From Gammaproteobacteria bacterium (GTDB lineage Bacteria; Pseudomonadota; Gammaproteobacteria; Ga0077536): DNA of 64,000 bases. The DNA is taken from the NCBI GenBank assembly GCA_963662545.2, contig CAXXLL010000003.1:2304001-2368000 (forward strand), written 5' to 3'. Positions 11,621 to 22,948 of the stretch are shown piece by piece (the first letter of the stretch is position 1; each line of letters opens with the position of its first letter). A model generated the notes under the pieces. The model made no database searches. It was not told the DNA's origin and worked only from the letters and a program-made list of their open reading frames with translations. A program made the position numbers and the translations under genes.

Positions 11621-12379
11621 TTATTGTGCCGAGTGATCGGGCTGAGTCAAGTTCGCTTGTTTTTTCCGCATGGATTCTCCTTTTAAATTGATCGTGTAGG
11701 CGTTGTGCACGAGCCGGTCGAGGATGGCATCGGCGAGCGTGGGATCGCCGATGACCTCGTGCCATTGTTTGACGGGTAATTGCGATGTCACGATGGTCGA
11801 GTGCAACGCGTGCCGGTCGTCGAGGATGTCGAGCAGGTCCCGCCGTTGTTCAGCATTGAGTATCGCGAGTCCCCAGTCATCGAGGATGACGAGGTCAGTC
11901 TTGGCAAGCTGCGCGAGGAGCTTGTGCTAGGTGCCGTCGCCGCGTGCGAGGGTGATGTTGGTGAGCAATCGCGGGACACGGAGATAGCGTGCCGAGAAGC
12001 CGTTACGACAAGCGCTATGAGCAATGGCGCAGGCGAGATAGGTTTTGCCGACGCCGGTGGGTCCGGTGATGAGGACGTTGAGATGGTCGTTGATGAAGCG
12101 GCAGCGGGCAAGTTCATTGAGGGTGGATTTATCGAGGCCGCGGGGTGCGCGATGATCGATGTCCTCCACGGTGGCGTTGAGCTTGAGCTGGGCGCGGCGG
12201 AGTCGATAGGTGAGTTGCCGGTTCGAGCGTACAGCGTGCTCACGTTCGACGAGGAAGGCGAGCCGGTCGTCGAAGGATAAGTCGTTGAGGTCGGTGCGTT
12301 GCAGCTGCTCTTCGAAGGCCTGGGCCATGCCGGTGAGCTTCATGCTTTGCAGTTGGTCGAGGGTCGGATGATTCAGCAT
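11621..12379 (-). pseudogene. istB: IstB with in-frame amber stop
   Basis: GPTGVGKT...ARGDGT-TAG(11927-11929)-HKLL...LDDWG...ADAILDR, all in one frame. Confidence 0.88.
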
Positions 12380-12391
12380 CGATGTTTCTCC

Positions 12392-13933
12392 TTAATGATA
12401 GTAGCCGGGTCCACGGAGATTGCCGTGGTCGGCGGGCAGCGTGGATTCCGTCGGTGGATTCAGGGGTTGCTGGTCGAGTCCTTTTTTGAGGATGGACTCG
12501 ATACTTTTGTAACGATGGGTGCCGAGGATGAGCGCGCGGGCACAGGCCGCATTCAGTCGTTTATCGCCGTAGCTTTTGGCCAGCCGCAAGATCCCGAGGC
12601 AGGCACGGTAACCCTGCTCCGGGTGGGGTCGTTCAGCTAAGACTTGGGTGATGAGGGCGGCGGTCTCGGGGCCTATCTTCGCGGCCCAACGCTGTAATCG
12701 CTCGGGTGAGAACTGGGCCAAGTGCCGATGCTGCTCGGGCATATGCGCGGTGATGGTGGTATGCCGCCCGGGTTGATTGACACGGCGATGACAGGCCACG
12801 CGTTGGCCCTGATGGAAGCACTCGATGGTGGATGCCGTCACACGAACATCGAGTTGTCGTTTCACGAGATGATGCGGCACGGAGTAGTAATGGCGCTCGA
12901 CCTCGATGTGATAGTCGATATGCACGCGTGCCTGCTTCCACTCGGCGTATTCATAGGGGGTACTCGGTAGCGGTTTCAGCGCGGGTCGGTCGATGGCCTC
13001 GAACTGGCTCTGGCGAGAACCGGGTAGTTTCTTGAAGGGTCGAAGGTTGAGCCGGATGAGCAGTTCAGCGATGGCGGCATTGAACTCGGCCAGCGAGAAG
13101 AACTGCCGATGACGCAGCGCCGCGAGGAGAGTGCGTTCGACGATCTGGACACCGACTTCGACTTTGGCTTTATCGCGTGGTTTGCGCGCCCGGGTTGGCA
13201 CGACAGCGACGCCATAATGGGTGGCCATGTCCTGGTAGGTGGGATTCAAGTCGGGCTCGTAGCGATGCGCGAGCGTGACACCGCTTTTGAGGTTATCCGG
13301 CACCACGATGTTGGGCACACCGCCAAAGAAGCTGAATGCGCGGGTGTGGGCGCCGATCCAATCCGGCCGACTTTGCGTCCACGTCGCCTCCGCATACGTA
13401 TAGTTCGAGGCGCCCAGCACGGCGACAAAGATCTCGGCCTGGCGCACCTCACCGGTCATGCGGTCAATCACCGGCATCGTCTGCCCGGCATCGTCGACGA
13501 ACAGTTTGTCGCCGGCCAGATGCGTCTGGCGCATCACGACATCGAGATGGTCTCGCCAGGCACGATAACGCTCGCAGAAGGCGGAATACATGAGGCCGTC
13601 GGGATGGGCGGCCTTGTACTCCATCCACAGCAGCATCAGGGTCACGCTTTTGCGCCGCAGTTCGCGATGAATATCGGCGAAGTCCGGCAACGGTCGTGGG
13701 CCACTGGGCGGGTTGGCGCTTGAGCCGTACAGCGCCTGCTCCAGGGCGGTGTCGCTCATGCTCTCGGGCAACGGCCAAGCGATGTTCGCGGCACGCGCCC
13801 GACTCAGGCAATCACTGACCGTCGAGGCCGACGCCTTGATGGCGCGGGCTATCGCCCGGTTACTGAGTGCGGCGGCATGATGCAGCCGCACAATATCGCG
13901 TATTTTGCGCATGGATAACCTCGTCGTGGCCAT
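12392..13933 (-). CDS. istA: IS21 transposase IstA
   Basis: N-terminal HTH, VPDNLKS, KPRDKAKVE, YSVP motifs. Confidence 0.93.
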   Translation of the reverse strand: MATTRLSMRKIRDIVRLHHAAALSNRAIARAIKASASTVSDCLSRARAANIAWPLPESMSDTALEQALYGSSANPPSGPRPLPDFADIHRELRRKSVTLMLLWMEYKAAHPDGLMYSAFCERYRAWRDHLDVVMRQTHLAGDKLFVDDAGQTMPVIDRMTGEVRQAEIFVAVLGASNYTYAEATWTQSRPDWIGAHTRAFSFFGGVPNIVVPDNLKSGVTLAHRYEPDLNPTYQDMATHYGVAVVPTRARKPRDKAKVEVGVQIVERTLLAALRHRQFFSLAEFNAAIAELLIRLNLRPFKKLPGSRQSQFEAIDRPALKPLPSTPYEYAEWKQARVHIDYHIEVERHYYSVPHHLVKRQLDVRVTASTIECFHQGQRVACHRRVNQPGRHTTITAHMPEQHRHLAQFSPERLQRWAAKIGPETAALITQVLAERPHPEQGYRACLGILRLAKSYGDKRLNAACARALILGTHRYKSIESILKKGLDQQPLNPPTESTLPADHGNLRGPGYYH

Positions 13934-14544
13934 GGAATTCCCCCGGACGGCAAAACGTCCAGGGTGCCATGGGCCAGTTGTTATCCTGCGGTCGTCAACG
14001 CTCCTTCAGTGCTCGAAACCGATCCCGGCAATCGCCCGAAAGTGATCGCGATGAGCCGGAATCGATGATCGGCATGCGCTGGAATCAGTGATCGGCATCA
14101 GCTGGAATGGGTGATCGGCTTGCGCCGGAATCGGTGATCGGCATGGGCTGGAATACGCACCTGGACCAAACAATGCGGTCAGGACAGGTTGGGGATGGTG
14201 GGCGGCGGTTACGCTACCCTGACTTGGTTCGATAACTGCCTGCTTCAGAGTTCCCACAAGCTGCTGAAACAGAACCTGATCGGCTATCGATATGGTATTC
14301 AAGAAGAGTGCGCTGCATCTAATAGGCTGGTGGGTATGAAGGACGAACTACACGAAATACGTCAATAGGTGCGAAAAAAACTCCAGGGCGGTGACGAACC
14401 TCCCTGGGCATGGTACCAATACATGAACTCGTCGAGACGCTGGATGTCATCCTGGATGGCTATGGAGGCGAATACTACGCTGGAAGATTCGCTTCAATCG
14501 GAGTCACGTCAAGATAGCGCACTCCGATTATGGGACCGAGCGAA

Positions 14545-14939
14545 CCAGCCATGCAGTCCTTGCCTGGACGCAGGACACCGGTGTTCAATGGCATTACATC
14601 GCACCGGGCAAGCCGACCCAAAACGCCTTTTGCGAAGCGTTTGAAGCGTTTAATGGTCGGTTTCGCGACGAATGTCTGAATGAGAACCTGTTTCGTCATC
14701 TCGCCCATGCCCGATAGGTCATCGCCCTATGGGTTCACGATTATAATGACGTGCGTCCGCACTCCGCACTCGGATATCTCACACCCGCTGCCTACGCGGC
14801 GGCGTTGCAATCCAAACGGGATGACGCGCTCAAATGCCTTGACGGCTCCGCAAATCACCCAGTTGATCAACCCGCACAAATGCGCAAAATGCAACCGCCA
14901 ACGCTAGATCACATTGGATGATCGTTGGGCGTCACAGCA
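14545..14939 (+). mobile_element. Degenerate IS3-family (IS407/IS511-like) OrfB 3' remnant with right end
   Basis: [14 protein letters not shown] / [12 protein letters not shown] across frameshifts; end GGATGATCGTTGGGCGTCACAGCA. Confidence 0.75.
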
Positions 14940-14952
14940 GGTGTTCTCTACC

Positions 14953-17556
14953 GTGAAAAATCGCAAAGAATATAGATGGCTAACATTATATGGAATGGTG
15001 GGCATGTTGACATCAGTAACCGGGGTTGCTCAAGAGAATATCCTGGAGGAAGTTGTCACCACCGGTACACGCTCCAAAGCGAGAGTCGTTCAGGACTCAC
15101 CTGCTCCGATTGACGTAATCGCTGGTGATGATTTCGTCAATCAAGGTGACAGCGATCTGGGGAATCTGCTGCGTAATATCGTTCCTTCCCTTAATATCAA
15201 CACCCAACCTATCAGCGATGCCGGCACCATTGTCCGACCCTCAAACCTCCGGGGGCTAGCGCCAGACCATACCTTGGTCCTAGTCAACGGCAAGCGCCGC
15301 CACCGCGCGAGTATTATTACTTGGGTAGGAAACGGTATCGCAAACGGATCGCAGGGTCCTGATCTTGCGTCCATACCGGCCATCGCCCTGAAACGGGTTG
15401 AAGTGCTGCGTGATGGTGCCTCGGCCCAGTACGGCAGTGACGCCATCGCCGGCGTGATCAACTTCATCTTGAAAGACTATGATGAGGGCGCCACATTTGA
15501 GGCACGTTACGGCCAGACGACCGAAAATGATGGGGACATGTTTCGCGTCTCCGGCAATATCGGCCTGCCTTTCACCGCCTCGGGCTTCGCCAACCTGAGT
15601 TTCGAATACGGTGAGACGGACCCCACCGTCCGCAGCATTCAGAGAAATGATGCACAGGCCCTGATCGACGAAAGCAATACCCTTACTACGGGGATGGGGG
15701 CACTGGACAGCTATTTGGGTGAACGTGGCGCGGCCGTGCCCGCGCCTGCGATGATCTGGGGTTCACCGGTCATTGATGAGGATCTCAAACTTTGGGGCAA
15801 CCTGGGGGTGGAGCTCGGCAACCACAATAACTTCTATACCCACGCCAACTACTTGTCGAAAGAAGTGGATGGTGGTTTCTACTACCGCCACCCCAATACC
15901 CGTGGCGGGGTGTTCGGAACCGGCGGTGGCACCCAGCTGCTGATCGGCGACCTGACGCCTGACGGGTCAGCAGGGTGTCCTGCTGTGGGAGTTGCCGACG
16001 ATGGTACCGTCCTCGCGGATGATCGTGATGCATGGAACCAGGTACTCGAAAACGACAACTGTTTCACTCTGCAGAAACTGTTACCCGGCGGCTTTACCCC
16101 GCGTTTTGGCGGAAAGCTGACCGATGTTTCCCTGGTTAGCGGTGTGGAAGGCGAAGCCGACAGTAAGCTTGGCGCGTTTAGTTGGGATTTCAGTGCGAGT
16201 TACGGTCAGAATGAGGTGGACTTCTTCATCTACAACACGGTGAATGCCTCCCTGGGACCGGACACGCCACTCTCTTTTGACCCCGGCGCCTACATACAGA
16301 CAGAGGTGAATTTCAATGTTGATCTGGGCTACGCGCCTACGGATGCCATCAGTATCGCAATTGGTTACGAATGGCGCGAGGAAGAGTTTGAAATTCGCAT
16401 CGGCGAGCAGGCATCGTGGGAGGATGGGCCCTTGGCGGACCAAGGCTTCACGCCAGCATCCAACGGTTTCTCAGGCTTTGGCCCCCGTACCGCCGGCGTT
16501 TTCTCCCGCTATAACGATGCGTTCTATTTTGATACCGAATGGGAACTGACTGACAACGCGCTGCTGACCGGGGCGGTACGCCACGAGGAATTCGAAGACT
16601 TTGGCGGTACCACCAACTGGAAGGTAGGCGGCAACTTGCGTCTATTCAAGCAACTCGGTTTCAGGGCCACCGCCAGTACTGGGTTCAAGGCACCGACACC
16701 GGGTCAGTCCAATGCTTTCAATATCTCCACCGTATTTAATCAAAGCCTAGGAGATCTGGTCAACGAGGGAACCATTCCCTCCACCCATCCACTTGCCGTG
16801 GCGTATGGCGGCCAGGAGTTGAGTCCCGAGGAGTCGCTGAACCTGACCGCTGGTACTTTTTTCAACATCTTCGATTTGGATGTGTCAGTTGACTATTACA
16901 ACATCAAGGTCAAGGATCGCTTGAACCTGTCTACAGAGCGGAACGTATGTCCCGGTGATCGGCCGGCGGTTCCTGATCCCAGCTGTACTGCCTATTTCAG
17001 CGATCTTCAAGGCGATCTCCTGGCTGAGGCGAAAACCCTACAATCATTCAAGTTTTTCATCAATGATTTTAATACGAGAACCCAGGGTGTAGATATCGTG
17101 GCCACTTACCCCATTGCTTGGGCTAGTGGCAAGACCGATCTCAACTTCGCCTTCAATCATACGGAAACCAAGGTCATCAAAAGAAATCCGGAGACGGTGG
17201 GTGAGGAACGGGTCAAGCAAATTGAGGAGGGGATACCTGAAACACGCTGGAATCTTTCCGCTAACCACGGTATGGATGAATGGCGTTTCCTGGGGCGGGT
17301 CAGCTACTACGGCGGCTGGTATGACTCAGAAGACGGTAATACCTACGGCGGTGAGTACCTGTTTGATCTGGAGGCAGCATACACGCTCGACGGGCGAATG
17401 ACCTTTACTGCGGGTGTGCAGAACGTCTTTAACGAGAAAGGGGATAAGAATCCAAAGGCGCGAGATCAGACCGGTAATCTCTACAGCCAGTATTCACCGT
17501 TCGGGTTTGACGGCACCTTCTATTACCTCAGGATTGGTTACCAGTTTGACTATTAA
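14953..17556 (+). CDS. TonB-dependent receptor (start probably the GTG at 14953; ORF open from 14914)
   Basis: TonB box EEVVTTGTR, plug LVLVNGKR...VEVLRDGASAQYGSDAIAGVINF, C-terminal barrel strand. Confidence 0.95.
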   Translation: MKNRKEYRWLTLYGMVGMLTSVTGVAQENILEEVVTTGTRSKARVVQDSPAPIDVIAGDDFVNQGDSDLGNLLRNIVPSLNINTQPISDAGTIVRPSNLRGLAPDHTLVLVNGKRRHRASIITWVGNGIANGSQGPDLASIPAIALKRVEVLRDGASAQYGSDAIAGVINFILKDYDEGATFEARYGQTTENDGDMFRVSGNIGLPFTASGFANLSFEYGETDPTVRSIQRNDAQALIDESNTLTTGMGALDSYLGERGAAVPAPAMIWGSPVIDEDLKLWGNLGVELGNHNNFYTHANYLSKEVDGGFYYRHPNTRGGVFGTGGGTQLLIGDLTPDGSAGCPAVGVADDGTVLADDRDAWNQVLENDNCFTLQKLLPGGFTPRFGGKLTDVSLVSGVEGEADSKLGAFSWDFSASYGQNEVDFFIYNTVNASLGPDTPLSFDPGAYIQTEVNFNVDLGYAPTDAISIAIGYEWREEEFEIRIGEQASWEDGPLADQGFTPASNGFSGFGPRTAGVFSRYNDAFYFDTEWELTDNALLTGAVRHEEFEDFGGTTNWKVGGNLRLFKQLGFRATASTGFKAPTPGQSNAFNISTVFNQSLGDLVNEGTIPSTHPLAVAYGGQELSPEESLNLTAGTFFNIFDLDVSVDYYNIKVKDRLNLSTERNVCPGDRPAVPDPSCTAYFSDLQGDLLAEAKTLQSFKFFINDFNTRTQGVDIVATYPIAWASGKTDLNFAFNHTETKVIKRNPETVGEERVKQIEEGIPETRWNLSANHGMDEWRFLGRVSYYGGWYDSEDGNTYGGEYLFDLEAAYTLDGRMTFTAGVQNVFNEKGDKNPKARDQTGNLYSQYSPFGFDGTFYYLRIGYQFDY

Positions 17557-17557
17557 T

Positions 17558-17609
17558 CCGAGCTGTCGGATACCAGACTGAGGTGGCCTCGGTATGTCGG
17601 ACAGCTTGG
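17558..17609 (+). terminator. Imperfect hairpin after the receptor gene
   Basis: CCGAGCTGTC...GACAGCTTGG; no clear U-tract. Confidence 0.3.
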
Positions 17610-18035
17610 CGGCTTGCTCAAGGTGTATTCCGGTTGTCATTCATGCCGCCAGAAACCCTTTGAATCGATCGTCCTGTCGCTGATGTTGCGCCTGGGGATG
17701 TGGGCAAGGCGCGTAGCGGCTTGTCCATCCTCTCCACAGGCGGCTCGCCGCGGTAGGCCTCGGCCGGGGTGCTCTTGCTCTTGACCGTACCCCTCGACCA
17801 GAGCCACGTTTGATGTGGGAGATTGAGCCTATCAGGCAGCTTCCTGGTGATCTAGCCCTAGATTTCTGGTCCAGATCTAAAGTGGTAAAAAGCCATAGAG
17901 GAGATCTGAACCCTGGAGTTGACCCGCTTTCGTGGATACCTGACCCTTTTAGAAGGAAGATTGTTGAGTTGCATCGAAAAGTGATCCGGTAATTGCACCG
18001 AAAATTGATCCACCCGGAAGAGCCAGTATGGCTCA

Positions 18036-18809
18036 TTATTTTGATGATTTTCTAGTCTTCTTTTCCTTTTTGTTTTGCATCGAACTGTTCTTGAAGCGGA
18101 AGCTATCATTTCCGGTCTCAGCGATGTGGCAATGATGCGTGAACCGGTCCAACAGCGCTGTTGTCATTTTTGGATCAACGAACACGCTGGACCACTCCGA
18201 GAAACTCAGATTAGTGGTAATGATGACGCTGGTGCGTTCATAGAGCTTGCTGAGTAAATGGAAGAGCAACGCACCGCCGGCTTGCGAGAATGGCAGATAT
18301 CCGAGTTCGTCAAGAATGACGAGGTCCGTATGAACTAAACGCTTGGCCATTTTCCCAGGTTTTCTCTCTGCCTTTTCTTGTTCAAGCAGATTGACGAGTT
18401 CAATGGTAGAGAAGCAGCGAACCCGTAAATGATGATGCCTGATGGCATGGACGCCGATCGCGGTTGCCAAATGGGTTTTGCCGGTACCGGGTCCACCGAT
18501 GAGGACGAGGTTATGTGCATCGTCGATGAAGTCGCCGGCATGGAGCGTGCTGATCAAAGCCTGGTCAACGGTACTCTCGGTGAAGTCGAAACCGGCTAAA
18601 TCGCGGTAAGCAGGGAAGCGAGCAACCTTCATTTGATAGTTGATCGACCGCACTTCGCGCTCGGCGACTTCGGCTTTAAGCAGTGACGCTAGAAGGGGCT
18701 CGGCTTGGCGGTAGGCCGGCGCCTGTTGTAGGGCGAGTTCACCGATAGCGTCAGCCATGCCGTGGAGTTTCAGCGACTTCAAGGTCGTTACCAGTGCGTC
18801 AGTCTGCAT
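18036..18809 (-). CDS. istB: IS21 helper ATPase IstB
   Basis: Same protein as copy A. Confidence 0.93.
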   Translation of the reverse strand: MQTDALVTTLKSLKLHGMADAIGELALQQAPAYRQAEPLLASLLKAEVAEREVRSINYQMKVARFPAYRDLAGFDFTESTVDQALISTLHAGDFIDDAHNLVLIGGPGTGKTHLATAIGVHAIRHHHLRVRCFSTIELVNLLEQEKAERKPGKMAKRLVHTDLVILDELGYLPFSQAGGALLFHLLSKLYERTSVIITTNLSFSEWSSVFVDPKMTTALLDRFTHHCHIAETGNDSFRFKNSSMQNKKEKKTRKSSK

Positions 18810-20322
18810 GGGTAACCTCCCGTAAATGATCGTAGCGATCAACATTGGCTTGGGGCTCTTCAATCAAGCTCAGTCCGGCCGGTGCGTCGATGCGCGCTGG
18901 TGCGGTTGTTTCGAGCAACCGATTGAGGATATTGATAACGTGTTGCTTCGAAGGCGCGCCAGTTTCAAGCGCGAGTTCGACGGCACACAGCACCGTCTGC
19001 TCGTCGTGGTGCAAGACCAACGCCAAAACCTCGACCATCTCGCGATCGCCACCAGGGCGCTTGAGTCGTGTTGATTGGAGACGTTTGAACCCGTCAGGGA
19101 GCTCGGCAAAGGGAGCCCCATTACGCAACGCGCCCGGCTTGCGTTGCACCACGGCCAAATAATGACGCCCGTCGTATAAGACTTGCGCGGTGCGGTCATG
19201 ACCCTGCGAGAACAGCCTGGGATGTTCGACGACTTTGCTACCTTCAGCGACAATCACGAGTCGATTCGCATAAACGCGTAGACTCACGGCGTGGTTCGCG
19301 AATGCAGCCGGCACACGGTAACGATTGCGCTCGAACGCGATCAAACAGGTTGGCGACACCCGTTTAGTGTGCTCGATGAATCCATCGAACGGCGGCGGCA
19401 TCCGCATCAGTGCTGTTTGCTCATCTACCCAGACCTCGGCGATGGTCCGCATCGGTTGCTCGGGGTGACGAACCTCATGCCACAGCATCTGACAACGAGC
19501 GGCCAACCAGGTATTAAGTTCGTCCAGGTCAACAAACTTCGGTGCATCGTGCCAGAACCGTGACCGCGAGTCCCTCACGTTCTTCTCGATCTGGCCCTTC
19601 TCCCAGCCGGCGGCGGGGCTGCAAAATGTCGCCTCGAGTAAGAAGTGGCTGGCCATCGCCTGGAAACGCGCGTTGACCTCGCGGATCTTACCCCGACCAA
19701 CCCGGTTCACGGCCGTCTTCATGTTGTCGTAAATACCCCGCTGAGGCACACCGCCCAGCACGGCCAACGCGTGGTTGTGCGCATCGAATAACATCTCGTG
19801 CGTTTGCAGCGGGTAAGCACGTAGGACGAATGCGCGGCTGTAGGAGAGTTTGAAATGCGCGATCATGAGCTTGCGGCGCTCGCCGCCGATCACTGCCCAG
19901 TCTTCGGACCAATCAAACTGAAAAGCCTCTCCCGGCTCGAACACCAACGGGACAAACGTCCCACGGGCCGCCTTTACCCCCTCTTGGCGCCGCGTCCGCC
20001 ACGCGCGCGCGAATGCTGCGACCCGGTCGTAGGAACCGCGATATCCCAGATGAACCAAGTCGCCGTAGAGTTGGCGTAAATTACGCCGTTGTTTGCGGCT
20101 ACGACCCGATTCTCGCGTCAGCCACGACGCCAGCGTTTCCGCATCGTCATCTATTTTGCTGGGGGTCGTGCGCTTGGGATACGCAGGCTCCACCTCGCCG
20201 CTCGCCAAATACTTAGCAATCGTGTTCCTGGATAACTTCGTTCGACGGGATATCTCTCGGATCGACTGGCCTTCCCGAAAATGCCAGCGTCTAATAACAC
20301 TCAATAAATCCACGTCCATCAC
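18799..20322 (-). CDS. istA: IS21 transposase IstA
   Basis: 507 aa; FQFDW, YDNMKT, WEKGQIE. Confidence 0.94.
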   Translation of the reverse strand: MMDVDLLSVIRRWHFREGQSIREISRRTKLSRNTIAKYLASGEVEPAYPKRTTPSKIDDDAETLASWLTRESGRSRKQRRNLRQLYGDLVHLGYRGSYDRVAAFARAWRTRRQEGVKAARGTFVPLVFEPGEAFQFDWSEDWAVIGGERRKLMIAHFKLSYSRAFVLRAYPLQTHEMLFDAHNHALAVLGGVPQRGIYDNMKTAVNRVGRGKIREVNARFQAMASHFLLEATFCSPAAGWEKGQIEKNVRDSRSRFWHDAPKFVDLDELNTWLAARCQMLWHEVRHPEQPMRTIAEVWVDEQTALMRMPPPFDGFIEHTKRVSPTCLIAFERNRYRVPAAFANHAVSLRVYANRLVIVAEGSKVVEHPRLFSQGHDRTAQVLYDGRHYLAVVQRKPGALRNGAPFAELPDGFKRLQSTRLKRPGGDREMVEVLALVLHHDEQTVLCAVELALETGAPSKQHVINILNRLLETTAPARIDAPAGLSLIEEPQANVDRYDHLREVTHAD

Positions 20323-20750
20323 TCCTTCTGTCTCCTGCTCGGTTCCGAGCAGGCAAGGGTCTATGAGTGGATCAAATTTGGATGCAAATACCTACCTTAA
20401 GTGGATCACTTTTAAGTGCAAATCAACAATCGTGGATCTGATAGCGGCGCAGTTGCGGCCGTTGGAGCATGCGCTAGAGCGCGATTTGAAACAGTTGAAG
20501 TAGACGCGCAGTTTTGCGTATTGCGCATTACGAAACAGCCGACGGTCGCGCCCCGTGTGGCATTGTGTAGAGGGTATAGTTATATCCAGAAAAAATATAT
20601 CGCGGCCCAATGCCCTTCGCATATGGTTCAAAATCGGCAATATTTCTAAACGTGCCGAAGGAAACGACACCCGTCTAAGAGTTCCCCGTTTACTCCTTGG
20701 CGTCAGGTGCCGAACGAACTGTCAGGCAAGGTAGGGAGTTTTATAGATAA

Positions 20751-21176
20751 TTAGAAGGGTGCTTTGCCCACCTCCCATGTGGGCAAATAGTCACTGGCCA
20801 CATAGCCCTGTGCGCACTCATTCCGCAAGTATCTGTAAGCTTCGGCCCGTTCTTCCGGTGGTAACCCCGTTACGGCCTTTTCTGTTTCCCATGCTTGCTT
20901 GTTGAAGTTCTCGCCCTCTAGCTCACTGTGAAGCTCAATTGCAGCGTCATCGATATTGGCAATATCTGCGCCCTGGTCTTCTGCCAGTTGATACATGCAA
21001 GGCATCCACACCCACGAAAAAAATTCCCCTCTGTAATCCGTGTCCGCAAGGCTTGGTGCGGTGAGCGGTATGGATAGAGCAAGCAGAACAATTGTCCTTT
21101 TGCCAAGATGCACCATCTTTTTGAGCAAACACCGCTTCACGGGGCTAACCAGTGGCTTTAGTAAGAACCTCGACAA
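20751..21176 (-). CDS. Hypothetical exported protein
   Basis: Signal-like KRTIVLLALSIPLTAPSLA; two Cys; start uncertain. Confidence 0.5.
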   Translation of the reverse strand: MSRFLLKPLVSPVKRCLLKKMVHLGKRTIVLLALSIPLTAPSLADTDYRGEFFSWVWMPCMYQLAEDQGADIANIDDAAIELHSELEGENFNKQAWETEKAVTGLPPEERAEAYRYLRNECAQGYVASDYLPTWEVGKAPF

Positions 21177-21227
21177 GAGTGCCGCGATGGTAAACTTGTT
21201 GTTCCTCCACTTACAACTTCTGTCTTA

Positions 21228-21381
21228 TTCATAAGACGCTCGGCGTAACGCCAGCGATGGAGACCGGTATTACCGATACTCTGCGTGACATGGAATGGAT
21301 CGTCGGCCTGATTGATGCTCGTGCTTCAAAGCCTAACCGCCCCAAGATCTACAAAAAGCGCACCGTCGAAGCCGCCCGATG
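21228..21381 (+). mobile_element. IS1-family transposase C-terminal remnant
   Basis: Manual translation HKTLGVTPAMETGITD...PNRPKIYKKR. Confidence 0.55.
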
Positions 21382-21621
21382 ACGACTACCGGAAATTCAT
21401 GGTGGAGGGCAAAAGGTCAGAGAGACGGGGTCGGAAAAACCAGTGCTGCACGCTGGGCTGTCAAGCATATCGCTGAAGCGATTTGGATCCGATCCACGAA
21501 CACCCTATGGGCCCGCGGCGCATGCATGCTGCACTTGAGAGGCCGGACATACGACAGTACCTGACCGCATGTCACGAGTTGTTCAAATTTCTGCTTGCAT
21601 TGCAGGGGGCGTCCACATACG

Positions 21622-21997
21622 TGCAATGAAGCGCTACGGCGCGCCACAAGTCATCGTGACGGACCGACTACGTTCCTACGGTGCCGCGATGAAGGTCATG
21701 GGGTCGAGGGTCGTCAGCTTTGTGGTCGGTGGCTCAACAATCGAGCCGAAAACTCACACCCACCGTTCCGCCGACGAGAAGGAGTGATGGCCAGGTTCAG
21801 AGACATCGAGACCCTGCATAAATTCGCCTCCATCCATGCTTCGACCCACAATCACTTTCACCACGAATGTCATCTCAACCGCCGCGATATTTTTTTACAA
21901 GACCGGGCCGGTGCCCTGGCCGAGTGGCGTCAACTTGCAGCCTGACAGTCCTCAATTGTAGGTTCTACAGGTCTGATCTAGTTAGTCTGGCAATGCC
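21622..21997 (+). mobile_element. IS6-family transposase 3' remnant with right end
   Basis: PQVIVTDRLRSYGAA, LNNRAENSH..FRRRE, ALAEWRQLAA; terminus TTAGTCTGGCAATGCC. Confidence 0.8.
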
Positions 21998-22037
21998 CAA
22001 CGGCGGGTTGACTAAAAACAATTCGCTCACACAGTTC

Positions 22038-22072
22038 GCTACCGGCTACCGGCTACCGGCTACCGGCTACCG
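22038..22072. repeat. Heptamer tandem repeat (GCTACCG)x5
   Basis: Read directly from the sequence. Confidence 0.95.
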
Positions 22073-22178
22073 AAACACTGCCGGCCATCGAGGCGTTAGC
22101 CCATTGTTGAGTTGCATCGAAAAGTGATCCGGGATTTGCATTGAAAATTGACCCACCCGGAAGAGCCAGTATGGCTCG

Positions 22179-22948
22179 TTACTTTGATAATTTTCTAGTC
22201 TTCTTTTCCTTTTTCTCGCGTATTGAACTGTTTTTGAATCGATAGCTATCATTGCCAGTCTCAGCGATATGGCAGTGATGCGTGAATCGGTCCAAAAGTG
22301 CGGTCGTCATTTTCGGGTCGACGAACACGCTCGACCATTCAGAAAAACTGAGATTCGTCGTGATGACGACGCTGGTACGTTCGTATAGCTTGCTCAGTAA
22401 ATGGAAGAGCAATGCGCCGCCCGCTCGCGAGAATGGTAAATAACCGAGTTCATCGAGAATGACGAGATCGGCATGGACAAGACGATTAGCCATTTGTCCG
22501 GGTTTGCCGTCTGCCTTTTCTTGCTCAAGCAGGTTGACAAGTTCGATGGTAGAGAAGCAGCGAACGCGCAGATGAAGATGTCTGATCGCATGGACGCCAA
22601 TCGCCGTTGCTAAATGGGTCTTGCCTGTCCCAGGTCCGCCGATGAACACGACGTGGTGTGCGTCGTCGATGAAATCACCGGCATGGAGAGAACCAGCGTT
22701 TGGTCAACGGCGCTCTCGGCGCAGTTGAAACCAGCCAAGTCACGGTATGCCGGGAAGCGAGCCACTTTCATTTGATAGTTGATCGAGCGCACTTCACGCT
22801 CTGCAACTTCCGCTTTGAGCAGTGACTCTAGCAGCGGCTCGGCTTGGTGATAAGCGGGCGCTTGTTGTTGAGCGAGTTCACCGATAGCGTCAGCCATGCC
22901 GTGAAGTTTTAACGATTTTAAGGTCGTCACCATGGCCTCAGCTGGCAT
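22179..22948 (-). pseudogene. istB: IstB, frameshifted
   Basis: Split between ORFs 22610-22984 and 22179-22649; small deletion near 22690 relative to A/B. Confidence 0.88.

Larger units (their letters stand above)
11522..14159 (-). mobile_element. IS21-family element E (2638 bp)
   Basis: Ends TGCGTATTCC / GGAATACGCA with multiple GCCGATCAC subterminal repeats; inverted copy at 30892-33529. Confidence 0.95.
17962..20428 (-). mobile_element. IS21-family element, copy B (both ORFs open)
   Basis: Same ends and sequence as copy A, with one extra subterminal repeat. Confidence 0.95.

Noticed and set aside
14030-14159. Short GCCGATCAC repeats resembling a mini-CRISPR (also 11522-11600, 30892-31020, 33450-33529)
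   Set aside because: They are the normal multiple subterminal repeats of IS21-family ends.
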